Assembly (NCBI RefSeq): GCF_006345805.1
Contig: NC_043017.1
Span: 28,458,001-28,522,000, forward strand
Direction: 5' to 3'
Origin: Octopus sinensis
Taxonomy: Eukaryota
Length of the DNA: 64,000 nt
A program made the translations under genes and the position numbers. Below, in pieces: positions 25,434 to 37,468 of this stretch (positions are counted from its first letter, which is position 1; each line of letters starts with the position of its first letter). Below the pieces are notes generated by a model. That model made no database searches, had not been told where the DNA came from, and saw nothing but the letters and a program-made list of their open reading frames with translations.

Positions 25434-25996
25434 TGGTGACAATAATAGTTTTGGCATCTATACAGTTAGGCAGATTTAAAGTGGTGGTGGTGGGGGACTT
25501 TTTGGGGTCGCATGGCGCAGACTGTCTTTTCTTAGGGGAGTGGTCAAAAGAATCAGTGATAAAGTAGATAAAAGAATAAATAGAATAATAGAAAATAGAA
25601 TAGAGTGCCGGCCTGGTGGGTCGAGGTCAAAATAAAAATAGAATAAAATAGAATAGGGGAGGAATGTTGTGTGTGTGTGTGTGCATGTATAATATATGTT
25701 ATATATATATATGTGTGTATGTGTGTGTGTGTGTGTATATATTTGTGTATATATATATATATGTGAGCGTGTGTGTATGGGGGTGTATATTCTTTTTTTA
25801 TATATATGGTGGTGTAGATATGTGTGCGTGTGGCTTGCTGTTGGCATGTATTGTGTGTGTATTTGTGTAATATATATATATATATAATGTGAGTGTATGG
25901 ATATATGTATGGTGTGTATGTATGAGTAATGTTGTATGGGTGTGTACGTATGTATGTATATGGGTGCATATATATATATATATATATATATAGATG

Positions 25997-26045
<49 letters not shown>

Positions 26046-26244
26046 TGATAGTATTCTTATTTACCTAAAACTCTATTCTATTATTCTATTTATTCTATTT
26101 ATTCTTTTATCTACTTTATCACTGATTCTTTTGACCACTCCCCTAAGAAAGACAGTCTGCGCCATGCCGACCCCAAAAAGTCCCCCACCACCACCACTTT
26201 AAATCTGCCTAACTGTATAGATGCCAAAACTATTCTTGTCACCA

Positions 26245-26295
26245 AGCTTCCTGATGATTTCATTTGAATGAAACAGTTCTAGTCCTGTAGAAGCT
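26245..26295 (+). ncRNA. Type I hammerhead ribozyme candidate with canonical core
   Basis: AGCUUC CUGAUGA U-UUCA-UU-UGAA-U GAA ACAG-UUCUAGUC-CUGU A GAAGCU: 6-bp stem I, 4-bp stem III, GUA triplet, downstream AAUAAA. Confidence 0.75.
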
Positions 26296-26402
26296 CCTTC
26301 TATATAATAAATTAATTTTACTCTGCTATGTATTGAGTACCTTACTTACTGTGGTTAACCCCGGATCAACCCGGGACCTACATATATATATATAATATAT
26401 AT

Positions 26403-26461
<59 letters not shown>

Positions 26462-26754
26462 TATAGACATATATGTATACCTATATATATACATATATAT
26501 TACATATCATATATACCTATATATATACTTTACAAATTAAAATGGTGTCTTATTAGCAATTAGAACTTAAATAGAATTCGCAAAAGTGACGGAGGATGCT
26601 GACTAGTACCACTCATGCTAAAATAAGACTTAAATTAACTCCAAAGCTACTAAAGCACTATAGAAAGTATATCCATACATACATGCATACGTACATAAAT
26701 ACGTGCACACATATAGATACATTTATAGTTAGCGATGTACCTATATAAATTGTC

Positions 26755-26995
26755 GCCTTCTCGAGACACGCCTGGCTCATTAGGGCCGGTTTCCCGGTTT
26801 CCTTGGCGTATAGATTCCCCACCTGGACGGGACGCCGGCTCGTCGCAGGTGAGCTGCAAGGTGCATGAGGAAAGAGTTTGCCATTACCTTCTGCCGGATC
26901 CGCGAGGAGCTTAGGTGTTTTGCTCATAAACACACACACACCGCCCGGTCTGAGATTCGAAACCGCGATCATTCGACCGCGAGTCCGCTGCTCTA
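26755..26995 (-). mobile_element. SINE family C (tail type iv)
   Basis: Matches 5177 and 54358, with an internal deletion. Confidence 0.85.
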
Positions 26996-27768
26996 AAGAC
27001 TAGTCCTTAAGTTAAGTATTTTCCTATGTGCCTGTATTTGCAGAAAATCTCTGGTCTATCGTTCTCATAGAGATACTGATCACCTATATAAATAATACAT
27101 GCATATTTATAAATACGTGTGTGTGTTTGTTTGTGTACGTGTTTTGCTGGTTCAGATTGTGTGTACTTTTCTTTTAGAATATGGATTTAATTCCGTTCAA
27201 ATAAATAGCAGATACAGTATACGGAGACACATACATGTAAATGAAGGAGCATTCAAGCTTATTACACAGAGTTCCACTGTAAGACATATTGAATAAAGAA
27301 TTGCGACAAATGTGTCGATCTTTTTCTAGCAACTGAAACGAAAATTTCTATCGCTAGAATGAAAAAGAGTTTCCATTTACTAAATCTCTACGAGAATAAA
27401 ATTAAATTATACGATATTTGCGGAAAAGGGAAAAGCGTATCCAAAACGCTTGCTTGATCTTTATTTCTATGAGAACAATAGACCAGAGATTTTCTGCATA
27501 TACAGGCACTTAGGAAAATACCTGACTTAAGGCAGATAAACTCGAGCACATATATTGGCCTACGTGTATGTTTTCTTTTGTTTCGCATCTCGCATTTATC
27601 ATTTTACTTCTGTATATTATTCTTAATTTTGTATATTATACATTTCCCCTATAACTCGCATTTTCAATTTCTCTTCTACACTTGTTGATATAAATCTGTT
27701 TTCAATCCGTAACTAACTACATACCACTAGACAAATATATGTAGTGGATGTAGTTAGTTGCTGTGGCT

Positions 27769-27827
<59 letters not shown>

Positions 27828-27937
27828 TTCGAAATAAATTACTGTTGGGGAGATGAGGTGACTTGCATAATTTTGAATTACGCCAAAGGAGGATATATAT
27901 ATCTATATATATATATATAATATATATATATATATAT

Positions 27938-27974
<37 letters not shown>

Positions 27975-27980
<6 letters not shown>

Positions 27981-28150
27981 ATCCAAACATGAAAGCACAA
28001 AAAACACAACGCGAGGACGTGGAACAAATATAGTATTATTGGACGCTCAGGAAAGAAGGAAAGAAGGAGGGTTTAACGTTTCGAGCGGAGCTCTTCGTCG
28101 GAAACATAGGAAAAGATCCAAAGAAGGGAAGACAGAGGAAAGACATGGTA
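27975..28150 (-). mobile_element. Penelope-like terminal fragment abutting (TA)n, with minimal hammerhead motif at 28071-28105
   Basis: Reverse complement of 60495-60675. The motif is identical to 60544-60578. Confidence 0.6.
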
Positions 28151-28856
28151 TAGTTGTTGCTGTTATAGCACCTGTTGTTGCTTTCTTTTTCTTCTTCTCA
28201 TCATCTTCCTCATTATTATTATTATTATTGTTATTATTATTATTATTGCTATTAGTATTAATATCGGTTGCTTCGATTCCTTCTTGTTTCTTTCATTTTC
28301 TTGTTTTCTTCTCAACTATATTTCTCACAATCACCATAATCACTGTTATGATGAGGGTGATGATGATGATGATAGTGGTGGTGATCATCATCATCATCAT
28401 CATCATCTAAGAAACATTCAAAGGAGTTTTTACTGTTTCCTTTGAGCGTTCCCTTTAGGCATTTCCCACACTCGTTGCTCTTCTCACGAAGACTAATTTT
28501 GCATTAATGTTTGCTTGGGTATTTTAAGTGAAAATTAATGATCCTATATTCAATACAAACACATAACTGTTTTTGTCCCCTTGGCATTTCCTTATTCAGA
28601 TTCTCAGTTCTAATTGAATTGTACTTCTATAAAATATATTGCTACTGGGTTTTTTTTTTGACAATTCAGAATTTTAAGCGGTCCCATAATGCTGTATTAG
28701 CAGAGTAAACATTGGATTTTTACTCTAATTACTAGGGTAGTAATGTATGATAACTATCGTGTACTACCAGTGGAACGAATAAACAAAATATATTAACTGT
28801 TCGATGGAGGACATTAACTGCCCGATGGAGTCATAGTACATGGATACTATTTGTTT

Positions 28857-29240
28857 GTGGAGGCGCAATGGCCCAGTGGTTAGGGCAGCGAACTCGCGGT
28901 CATAGGATCGCGGTTTCGATTCCCAAGACCGGGCGTTGTGAGTGTTTATTGAGCGAAAACACCTAAAGCTCACGAGGCTCCGGCAGGGGATGGTAGTGAT
29001 CCCTGCTGTACTCTTTCACCACAAAACTTTCTCTCACTCTTACTTCCTGTTTCTGTTGTACCTGTATTTCAAAGGGCGGCCTTGTCACTCTCTGTGTCGC
29101 CTGAATATCCCCGAGAACTACGTTAGGGTACACGTGTCTGTGGAGTGCTCAGCCACTTACACGTTAATTTACGAGCAGGCTGTTCCGTGATTCGGTTCAA
29201 CCGGAACCCTCGTCGTCGTAACCAACAGAGTGCTTCCATC
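28857..29240 (+). mobile_element. SINE family C (tail type ii), probable ~12-bp TSD
   Basis: A and B boxes present. Flanks atactatttgtt and atactattttgtt. Confidence 0.9.
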
Positions 29241-29587
29241 CATACTATTTGTTAACAGCCGGACGTCGTTGAAAAAAAAAAGAATATAACATTTCCTTTT
29301 ACTTCCGGAAATGTCATACTACGAGGCAGCCATATGACACAGTCGTTTCGGTGTCAGGCAAAAATGATTTGCGATAATTGAGCAGGGTCTGCGTGATCTG
29401 CGTTCTAGTCCTGCGAGAATTACATATATCTTGCATCATTCGGTGGCTGGTGAATAATTTACTTGTCCTCTACTGAGTGGAAGTTCTCTTACAATTTACT
29501 CTTAAATTGTTCCTTTCATTGAAATCTCTCATCTTATGACATCGTATGAAGGTGATTTGGACTAAGAATAGTGTGTAGCATACACTT

Positions 29588-30758
29588 GATAGCTTACACG
29601 CTATTTCTACATTAGGATCTTCACTCTTCAGTTAACGTTTTCCTGATTCAGCATTGTCGACAGAAACAGAGTGTACTCTACCTATGATTCAGTTATCAGA
29701 TAGCTTAACCACCTATTTTCAACATTAGGATCTTCAGTTAGACGTTTTCCTGATTCAGCATCGTCGACAGAAACAGAGTGTACTCTACCTATGATTTTCA
29801 GTTATCAGATAGCTTACACGCTATTTCAACATTAGGATCTTCAGTTAGGACGTTTTCCTGATTCAGCATCGTCGACAGAAACAGAGTGTACTCTACCTAT
29901 GATTCAGTTATCAGATAGCTACACGCTATTTCAAGATTAGGATCTTCAGTTAGACGTTTTCCTGATTCAGCATCGTCGACAGAAACAGAGGGTACCTACC
30001 TATGATTCAGTTATCAGATAGTTACACGCTCTATTTCAACATTAGGATCTTCAGTTAGACGTTTTCCTGATTCAGCATTGTCGACAGAAACAGAGTGTAC
30101 TCTACCTATGATTCAGTTATCAGATAGCTTTAAACGCTATTTCAAGATATTAGGATCTTCAGTTAGACGTTTTCCTGATTCAGCATCGTCGACAGAAGAA
30201 ACAGAGTGTACTCTACCTATGATTCAGTTATCAGATAGCTTACCGCTATTTCAACATTAGGATCTTCAGTTAGACCGTTTTCCTGATTCAGCATTGTCGA
30301 CAGAAACAGAGTGTACTCTACCTATGATTCAGTTATCAGATAGCTTACACGCTATTTCAACATTAGGATCTTCAGTTAGACGTTTTCCTGATTCAGCATT
30401 GTCGACAGAAACAGAGTGTACTCTACCTATGATTCAGTTATCAGATAGCTTACACGCTATTTCAACATTAGGATCTTCAGTTAGACGTTTTCCTGATTCA
30501 GCATTGTCGACAGAAACAGTGTGTACTCTACCTATGATTCAGTTATCAGATAGCTTACACGCTATTTCAACATTAGGATCTTCAGTTAGACGTTTTCCTG
30601 ATTCAGCATTGTCGACAGAAACAGAGTGTACTCTACCTATGATTCAGTTATCAGATAGCTTACACGCTATTTCAACATTAGGATCTTCAGTTAGACGTTT
30701 ACCTGATTCAGCATCGTCGACAAAGACGGAGTGTACTCTACCCATGATTCAGTTATCA
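29588..30758. repeat. Tandem array of ~11 copies of a 105-bp unit
   Basis: Unit gcttacacgctatttcaacattaggatcttcagttagacgttttcctgattcagcattgtcgacagaaacagagtgtactctacctatgattcagttatcagata. The 35-aa period is visible in ORF 30294-30920. Confidence 0.95.
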
Positions 30759-31390
30759 TATTTGTCCATTTTAAGTCGGTTATGTTACATATTCGCCTCT
30801 TTTCTTGGACGGAAAAAGAGTAAAAGATACAACTGCAGTGAGCAGTTGTATCGCAGCGGTATTTCATGCGAATATCCTCTTATTGTTACGCATCAGATAT
30901 CCTGTGTGAGATGCGAGTAACGATTTTTTTAAAGTTCAATATCTCTGTCACAGAATTGTGAAACATTACATAGAAACACAACATATGAAGAAGACAATTA
31001 TTGGCTATATGGATTTTATCGATAATTTCCATAAAAAAACCCTTCTGTCTTTCCACTCAGAAATAAAGAAGGTCATTTTGGAGACCTTTGTTTTATAGAA
31101 GAGAAATTTCTATACAGGCATAGCCGAATGGTTAGGAAGAACTCCTTGTAATCGTGCGGTTCAGGTTTCAGGATCTTTGCACAGCACCTTAAACAAATGT
31201 CTACTACTATAGCACAACGCCAATCGATGCTTTTTGAGTGAATTAGATCGACAGATGCTGTGCAGGCGAGTACACACACAGGCGCGCGCGCGTATGTATG
31301 TAGAATGTAATAGTTCAGTGATGGTAAGATAACCAAAAGAAGTACTCCATCTGATAAGAGATAAATATTATTTGATAGACATATGCTTTA

Positions 31391-31447
31391 TGTGCTACTA
31401 ATAGTTTCGTATGTTGAGAAATACCTCAAACATATTCATCAGACACA
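31391..31447 (-). ncRNA. Type I hammerhead ribozyme candidate, canonical core, palindromic stem III
   Basis: UGUGU CUGAUGA A-UAUGUU(U)GAG-GUAUUU-CUCAACAUA-C GAA ACUA-U-UAGU A GCACA: 9-bp stem II, GUA triplet. Confidence 0.7.
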
Positions 31448-31466
31448 AACGTTATGATATGTGGTT

Positions 31467-31528
31467 TGTGTCTGATGAATATGCTTGAAGTATTACTCAA
31501 ATTTTGAAAATAAAATATTAGTAGCACA
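31467..31528 (+). ncRNA. Decayed inverted copy of the 31391 hammerhead
   Basis: UGUGU CUGAUGA...GAAA...UAUUAGU A GCACA. Stems II and III are disrupted. Confidence 0.4.
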
Positions 31529-31912
31529 TAAAACCAAGTATTGTGTTTATTAAATAATACACACACATATATATTTATACATATCTATATTTTATATATT
31601 TATATATTTTATATTTATTTTAATATTTATAATTTTATATTTTATCCAGTTTCAGCTTACGAGCTGTGGCCATGCTGGGGCACCGCCATTCAGTGTTGCT
31701 ACATGATTTTACTTCACGAATGCTTTTTAGCAACTGCCATTTGGTGCATGAGACAGTTCGATGCAGCTGCCCTCATCTGCACCTCCTGCCGTGAAGTTGG
31801 TTCATCTGGTTCATACGAATAAATAAGTTTGAAAATGGAGAGATTCAATGGATATAAATTAATTTATTAATTATTTAACATTGCCTACGATGATAAGTAA
31901 GACAGGAGGCAC

Positions 31913-32165
31913 ATGCGTATCGACATTGCTATATGTTCGGAAAGAAATGCACCTGTGAAAGTCATAGAAAGTACCCAAACTTCGAAATCAAACCAAAATG
32001 AAATCGAAATAATACAAGTGATTATCGGAACACTAGAACACCCGAAGAAGAGAAAAAGAAACCTCACTAACCATATCCCGCATAATGTCAATACTTATAC
32101 AGTACAAAAGATGGCACATCTTGGTGCAGTTCACAAACTACCCAGGGTGCCCTCGATCAAGTATA
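31913..32165 (+). mobile_element. R4/Dong-like LINE 3' fragment, decayed
   Basis: IDIAICSERNAPVK...IIQVIIGTL...IPHNVNTYTVQKMAHLGAVHKLPRV resembles the C-terminus of R4-clade RLE elements. Homologous to 50015. Confidence 0.6.
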
Positions 32166-32279
32166 TCTTCTCTATAGCGTCTTATTCCCGCAGTTTGAGC
32201 CCAACCCAACATGATATTAAAGAGGAGTATCAAAAGAAAAAGGAAAAACAACAACAACAACAGGACAAGCAACACCATC

Positions 32280-32327
32280 GATATGATAATGGAGATGATG
32301 ATGACGATGACAATGATGATGATAATG

Positions 32328-32362
<35 letters not shown>

Positions 32363-32580
32363 GATGATGATAATGATAATGATAATAATGATAATAATAA
32401 TAATAATAATAATAAAAATAATAATAATGATGGTGACGATAATGATAATAATAATAATGATGATAATAATAATAATGATGATAATACTAATAATAATGAT
32501 GATGATAATAATAATAATAATAATAATGATAATAATGACGATAGTAATAATAATGATGATAATAAAAATAATGATAATAA

Positions 32581-32614
<34 letters not shown>

Positions 32615-32810
32615 GATAATAATAATAATGATGATAATAATAATAATGATGATGATAATAATAATGATGATAATAATAATGATGATAATAATAATGATGA
32701 TAATAATAATAATAATAATAATAACAAAAATAATAATAAAAGTAATAAAAATAATAATAATAATGATGATGATGACGACGACGACGATGATGACGATGAT
32801 GATGATGATG

Positions 32811-32844
<34 letters not shown>

Positions 32845-32850
32845 TAATAA
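32280..32850. repeat. (AAT)/(GAT) triplet microsatellite
   Basis: Direct reading. Confidence 0.95.
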
Positions 32851-33099
32851 TATGATGTGTTTCGATAATTAGATATTAAAAATGCTAACGTATTCATAAT
32901 GCATACAAAAAGGCGATGTTGGATATTATTTTAAAGAATATTTAATAAGCAACTTCTCTGTGCATGCTAAAGGCTATTGAAATCAATTATTCTGTTGATC
33001 TTCTTTACTAATTATTGAGTCTTTTATGTAAATATTGAGCAATTATATTTCGAGATGATTGTGAAAGAACGTTTTTGTTATGCACTCACATACACGCAC

Positions 33100-33112
33100 G
33101 CACACATACAGA

Positions 33113-33157
<45 letters not shown>

Positions 33158-33337
33158 ATGTATATATATGTCTATATATATATACCTATATATATATATA
33201 CATGCACACGCATATATATAAGTACATATGTGTACATACACATACACGTGCACACATTTATATATATATATGTTCATGTATATATAAATAAATTTACATA
33301 TCTATGTATATGTGTAATTTGTATCACTACATATATA

Positions 33338-33379
<42 letters not shown>

Positions 33380-33722
33380 TATATATATGTATATAAATAA
33401 ACATATATATATGTATGTATACATACGTATATATATATATGAATAAATAAATAAATATATATTACGTGTATATATATATGTATGTATAAATATATATAAA
33501 TATATATATATGTATACATACGTGTATAATATATATCTATATATTATATAAATATATAAATATATATCTATATGTATATAAATATATAAATATATATATA
33601 TGTATATAAATATATAAATATATATATATGTATGTATACATACGTATATATATATATGAATAAATAAATAAATATATATTACGTGTATATATATATGTAT
33701 ATAAATATATAATATATATATA
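33100..33722. repeat. (TA)-rich compound repeat with an internal ~70-bp duplication
   Basis: The block catacgtatatatatatatgaataaataaataaatatatattacgtg occurs twice. Confidence 0.85.
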
Positions 33723-34404
33723 GTCTCTGCATGTAAATAAACTTTACAGTATCTACATCGTTATTTTGTGGCTTATAAACATAAATTTTCGCTAGATTCA
33801 CATAAAATAGCTCTTCATTAAGATTCATGCTTCCTTGTCCAACGCAACTGTATTATACTGGGCCTTTGAATGTTAGCATCAAGCCCTATATTAATGAAGT
33901 TCGTAAGGAACCGTGCTAAAAATACTGGCATTGCTGGAAACGTAATGATACAACATACGAAATATTTACACTGTGCGCAACATATAACAGGCGTAGTCAG
34001 TTAAACGGTTTCTATTCCGAAATCACGTATATACACCTAGCTTACAAAGTTATTACACTTAATAAAAATGTATCAATGTAGCCAAAAAAATAAGCAACAA
34101 CAAAAACAAAAGCGAAAAATAACTGATACAATAAAGCAAAAACAGCATTATGTTTCTAAATAAATGTATGGTTCTTTGTCACGGTATGAAATCAATAATC
34201 GCCAGTAAGTTATCAATCAGAATATTGATTTAGTATATAATGGAGTTGTGCTAAAAGAGCCAGTTAATTGTCGGAAATATTGCTTTAAAATTGAATTAAG
34301 AACGCGCCGTGTAAATAAACTGCGGAACTAAATATTTGTGCATCACCAGTTCAAAACCGTTATTGGCGGTTCTCTACATTTTAGAAACAAGAATCTTTTA
34401 CGTA

Positions 34405-34865
34405 TACATATTATGGCCGCCTCCTCGTTATCGAGTATGGCCATTGCACGAAGTTTATTTGTTACTGGTGCTGTGATCGAATGTGACATTTTAGTCCAGC
34501 CAAAGATCTACAATGTCTTGTACAGAAATGGCAAGTAAAACCTTTACCGGTAATGGCCAGCTGTAGTTGTAACTGGGCTTCATGTACCCTTGCATGTCGT
34601 TTAAGTCCTCCTGCCGAATTACACTCTCTTCCACATGCCCGACAGATATGATTAGTATGGTGTGTTACACCACCACCAGTGGCCAGGTTGTCACTCATCT
34701 GTCTCGCTTTATGACTACGAAGATGACTCTTGAGTCCAGCTTTACTGAGGCAGGGTCTTGCACAGACATTACATGTCAGCATCGAAGGAAGACCCTTCCC
34801 ATCTGGAAGTGTAACAGCGATGCCCTTCCTGACATCCCTCCTTACATTCTCATAAGGGAAAGGGC
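34405..34865 (-). mobile_element. RTE-type LINE 3' fragment ending in three C2H2 zinc fingers
   Basis: RRDVRKG...CNVCARPCLSKAGLKSHLRSH...CRACGRECNSAGGLKRHARVH...CHFCTRHCRSLAGLKCHIRSQH*, then an RTE-style 3' end ggccatactcgataacgaggaggcggccata. Confidence 0.7.
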
Positions 34866-34914
34866 AACATATACATACATACATACATACATACGTACGT
34901 ACGTACGTAAGTAC

Positions 34915-34965
<51 letters not shown>

Positions 34966-34967
34966 GA

Positions 34968-35275
34968 GTGGAGGCGCAATGGCCCAGTGGTTAGGGCAGC
35001 GGACACGCGGTCGGAAGAACGCAGTTTCTATTCCCAGACCGGGCGTTGTGTTTGTTTATTGAGCGAAAACACCTGAGGCTCCGGCAGGGGGGGGGGGTAT
35101 TGTACTCTTTCGCTCCAACTTTCTCTCACTCTTTCTTCCTGTTTCTAGAGTAACGCTGCGATGGACTGGAGTCCCGACCAGTTGTGGGGAACACATACGC
35201 CATAGAAACCGGGAAACCGGACCCATGAGCCTGGCTAGGCTTGTAAAGGGCGTATAAATAATATACATATATATA
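34968..35275 (+). mobile_element. SINE family C (tail type iii)
   Basis: C head followed by agtaacgctgcgatggactggagtcccgaccag. Confidence 0.85.
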
Positions 35276-35466
35276 TATATATATATATAATGTATGTACG
35301 TATGTATGTATACCTTTATAATCATGGGTAAAATCTGTAAAAGGTTTTATGAGGTAGCCAGCAAGGTAAGAATTAATGCAAGATATATAATTACATAAAT
35401 ATAAATTCAGTAATGAGTAGCGCCACATGCTAGAAAAAGACGCCAAATGGCTATAAAAACTACATT

Positions 35467-35505
<39 letters not shown>

Positions 35506-36202
35506 TTCCTTCGATATAACTTTAGAAAATCAAAGCATTTCACTTCGGGTAAATGACAGCTCGATTCTGTTTTCTGCTTGGAAATTTGCGGATTTTACAC
35601 ACACACACACATGAAACAGTTAAGAACAAATAAGCAAGGCGCTTTTTCTTCAAGTTTAAAATGAGACATTGCTGGCGTAATTTCGTTATATCTATACTCC
35701 ACAACCCACGGAAATACCGGTGAACTGTTTTGATTTTGTCGAGTTATATCGAAGGAATGCCTAAAAATTATAATAATTATGTACATAATTATAACAAGGG
35801 ATTGGCTATATGCTCATCCACGCTCTAGAAATAGATGCCAAAAGACGCAAATACCATCTTAGAATATCCAAAAAAAGAAAACACGGGCTGTAGTCGAACA
35901 AAAGAAAGATAATGAATTAAACTTTTGGTTAAAGGTGGACAAGATCCCGTTTCAAGCTTATAGTAAAAACATTATACATACTGCGATCTTCAGCAACGTA
36001 ACTCCGTAACATAAATTTACGAGTATTTACACATGCTTATACGAGTAGCGATTTCGTACAGCAATATATAAATACGCACTCGTAAAAGTATACAGTAAAG
36101 TAGAATTACCTTCTTTCTTTTCCGCCACGTGTAATAAATATCCCAAAAAATCTCTGCAGTGGAGATAGCTTTGATCAAGGAGTAAATTCTTCAAATATTA
36201 AT

Positions 36203-36392
36203 TATAATAAAGTGTGAAAATCATTAATAATATTACCAAGGGGTCAGCGCGGAACTCGAAACATTATAAGTGGATTTTACAAATATCATAATAATAATTA
36301 AATATATATAAAAATATTATAATATTGTAAAGTTCACCTATAAGGTTTCGAGTTCCGCGCTGACCCCTTGATTTTCACCCTTTATCATCATT
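36203..36392. repeat. Inverted repeat with a perfect 26-bp core
   Basis: caaggggtcagcgcggaactcgaaac (36237-36262) and its exact reverse complement (36345-36370), extended imperfectly on both sides. Confidence 0.85.
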
Positions 36393-36428
36393 AGCATCTC
36401 TCTCTCTCTCTCACTATACATATATATA

Positions 36429-36471
<43 letters not shown>

Positions 36472-37149
36472 CGTGAGAGAGAGATACAGACATATATATA
36501 TATTGAAAAAATGCATTGTAAATAAACATTCGACATAACATATACTTAGTATAAAACCGGATAGGATACAAACACAGGAACCCTAATTCTTCATCCGTTA
36601 TGAAGCAATTTCTAATACAGATTCCCACCTTATATATATATAAGGAAATAATTTTATTCTCAAACGCAAGATATTGCTAATAATATAGCATGAACAGGAT
36701 AAAGACTCCATAGTTTCCAGAAAAATTTGTCGGCGGGCGGCCAGTCATGAGCCTCGAACTCACGACACATTCTTCTGCAAATTTAGGATACATAAATCTA
36801 TTTTTATAAGACGCTGTGATACGTTAAGCTCAAATTTCGTTGAAAGTCAACAAAAAAATTTGATTTAGAAACGTTGAGATGTACTGTAAGAAAAGCACTT
36901 GACGCGTAATTACAGAGATGTGAGTTCGAGTCTAATGGGTGGCCGGCCGCCGACAGATTTTTTTTGCAAAATATGGATAGTTTACCCTGTTCATACTATA
37001 TAATTAGCATTATCCTGCGTTTGAGAATAAAATTATTTCCTTACCTCTATCTTTCAATACATCTCAACGCTTCTAAAGCAAACTTTAATGTCTTTCAACA
37101 TAAGTTGAATTTAAAATACACACACACACACACACATAATATATATAGC

Positions 37150-37468
37150 GAAGGTGCGTGGCTTAGTGGTTAGGGGCATTCGGCTGACGATCGTAAGGCC
37201 GTGAGCTCAATTCCCCGCGACGTGTTGTGTCCTTGGGCAAGATACTTTATTTCACGTTGCTCCAGTTCACTCCGCCGACAAAAATGTGTTGTACCCGTAT
37301 TTCAAAGGGCAGGCCTTCTCATACTTTGTGTCACTCTTAATCTTTCTGAGAACTACATTAAGGGTACACGAGTCTGTAGAATGCTCAGCCACTTGCACGT
37401 TAATTTCATGAGCAAGCTGTTCTGTTAATGGTATCCGCTGGGACTCTTGTCGTCGTAACTGACGGAGC
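37150..37468 (+). mobile_element. SINE family D (different head and CORE-like segment, type ii tail)
   Basis: gaaggtgcgtggcttagtggttagg...gtgtccttgggcaagatactttatttcacgttgctccag, then the same body as 28857. Confidence 0.8.

Larger units (their letters stand above)
22214..26010. repeat. Tandem duplication of a ~1.9-kb unit (22214-24120, 24121-26010)
   Basis: The copies are colinear and differ mostly by scattered 1-bp indels. Confidence 0.9.

Noticed and set aside
28857-28930. tRNA genes at SINE heads (A and B boxes)
   Set aside because: No complete cloverleaf that I could fold, and each continues into a multi-copy SINE body.
29588-30758. CRISPR-like array, or a tandem retrozyme (minus strand has CUGAAGA...GAAA UAGC-GUGUAA-GCUA UC)
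   Set aside because: No unique spacers, so not CRISPR. Core order and a 5-bp stem III are present, but stems I and II do not pair, so it is not called a hammerhead.
31913-32872. 319-aa N/D-rich ORF
   Set aside because: A decayed R4/Dong fragment reading by chance into an (AAT)/(GAT) microsatellite.
34462-34884. Host C2H2 zinc-finger gene exon
   Set aside because: No TGEKP linkers, no splice acceptor seen, the 5' end stops at a microsatellite, and the 3' flank resembles an RTE terminus. Kept as a retroelement, with the alternative noted in findings.
35935-35997. Minus-strand CUGAAGA...GAAA...GUC
   Set aside because: Stem I is only 2 bp and stem II is poor. Consistent with chance.
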